Translations under genes and position numbers: made by a program
Part shown: positions 63,073 through 64,000 of the stretch, piece by piece
Position numbering within the stretch: the first letter of the stretch is position 1
How the letters are laid out: the number at the start of each line of letters is the position of its first letter
The notes under the pieces: generated by a model
The model's database searches: none
What the model was told of the DNA's origin: nothing
What the model saw: the letters and a program-made list of their open reading frames with translations, nothing else
NCBI GenBank assembly: GCA_002633005.1
Contig: NMRA01000173.1
Span: 340,534 to 404,533, forward strand
Direction of reading: 5' to 3'
DNA: 64,000 nucleotides
Origin: Phoronis australis
Taxonomy: Eukaryota > Animalia > Phoronida

Positions 63073-64000
63073 TCAAACAGCACCAGAAAAGTGCTATAGA
63101 ATTTAAATTGAATGAAGCTGTTTAGCTCACATATTTGGCACATAAATATTGAGTAGATATAAATCGTACAATATGTGAAAATCTAAATTTTTTGTTAAAG
63201 AGTGCTGTCCCTGCAATTCAACACAGGTCCTGTCACAAATAGTTTCATTTCCATGTATCATTAATGAAGCCACTGGGAAGGTTAACACTTTGGGCTAATA
63301 CAGATCTTTTCAATTTTGGTCCCAAGTTTACAAGGCTATCAAAAAGGAATTAGCGGTAAATGATTTTTAAGAAGAAAATGAAATGTTGCATGAAACGGAA
63401 ATGAGTAAACTGAGATTTCATCTTGAACATTTATATCAAATGAGAATTGGTTACATTATCTATCTATTATTTTGCTAGCATTGTACCTTTCTTTTTAGTT
63501 TAATTTTACTAAAAAGACATGGTTTTGTGACCTAAGCAATGACAGATTTGTATAAAGTCAAAAATCAAACTCTACAAGTTTCTGCTTTCAGAAAATAAAT
63601 AATTTTCATAACTTAAATCTTAATATATGGCTAATGCAAAGTCGTTGATAAGGAGGGTCACTGATGCTTGAATATCAGCACAATAAAAATACTTAAACAT
63701 CAAGTGAAATCATAGTATGATTAAGAAATTCTCTCAAGGTCAACATCACTTCTGAAAAACATCAGATTTAGCTACTTGAAGCAGTGCCTATAAGAGTTCC
63801 ACTGGAGGTGGGAGGAGGTGTTGGTTTTGGTGATGGGGTATAGGTCCTGATAAGGATCTCATATCTTTAAGAAAATCTCTCCTTCAAACTGACTTACTGT
63901 ACTAGTCTGTGAATGACAATGACATATCATAATTCAATAACAAAAGCAGCATGATTTAATAGGACACAAGGTCCCCCACACACTTTTCTTAGCTTGATAC

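Overview
Eukaryotic, intron-rich, AT-rich genomic window from a draft assembly with N gaps; gene and repeat content suggest a marine invertebrate deuterostome such as a hemichordate or echinoderm (inference). Three protein-coding genes, all on the minus strand: (1) a sulfonylurea-receptor-type ABC transporter (ABCC8/ABCC9-like) with 25 coding exons traced by hand from the ATG at 37486 to the window edge inside NBD2, with GT-AG boundaries and a continuous frame; (2) a small single-pass CUB + LDLa + TM receptor-like gene (46527 to about 50388); (3) the last two coding exons of an SLC10 sodium/bile-acid symporter. Introns are packed with mobile DNA: a DINE-1/Pearl-like non-autonomous Helentron (HINE) family whose roughly 145-150 bp tandem core carries a CTCF-consensus motif in almost every monomer, nested insertions, two THAP-bearing TIR elements, a TTAA-targeting Kolobok-like element, a decayed CR1/L2-type LINE, tRNA-derived SINEs, an inverted pair of Penelope-type hammerhead-like motifs, and many locally born minisatellites, two of which amplify real splice donors. 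Two duplications next to gaps show filled and empty insertion sites side by side. All calls come from reading the sequence by eye; no searches were run.
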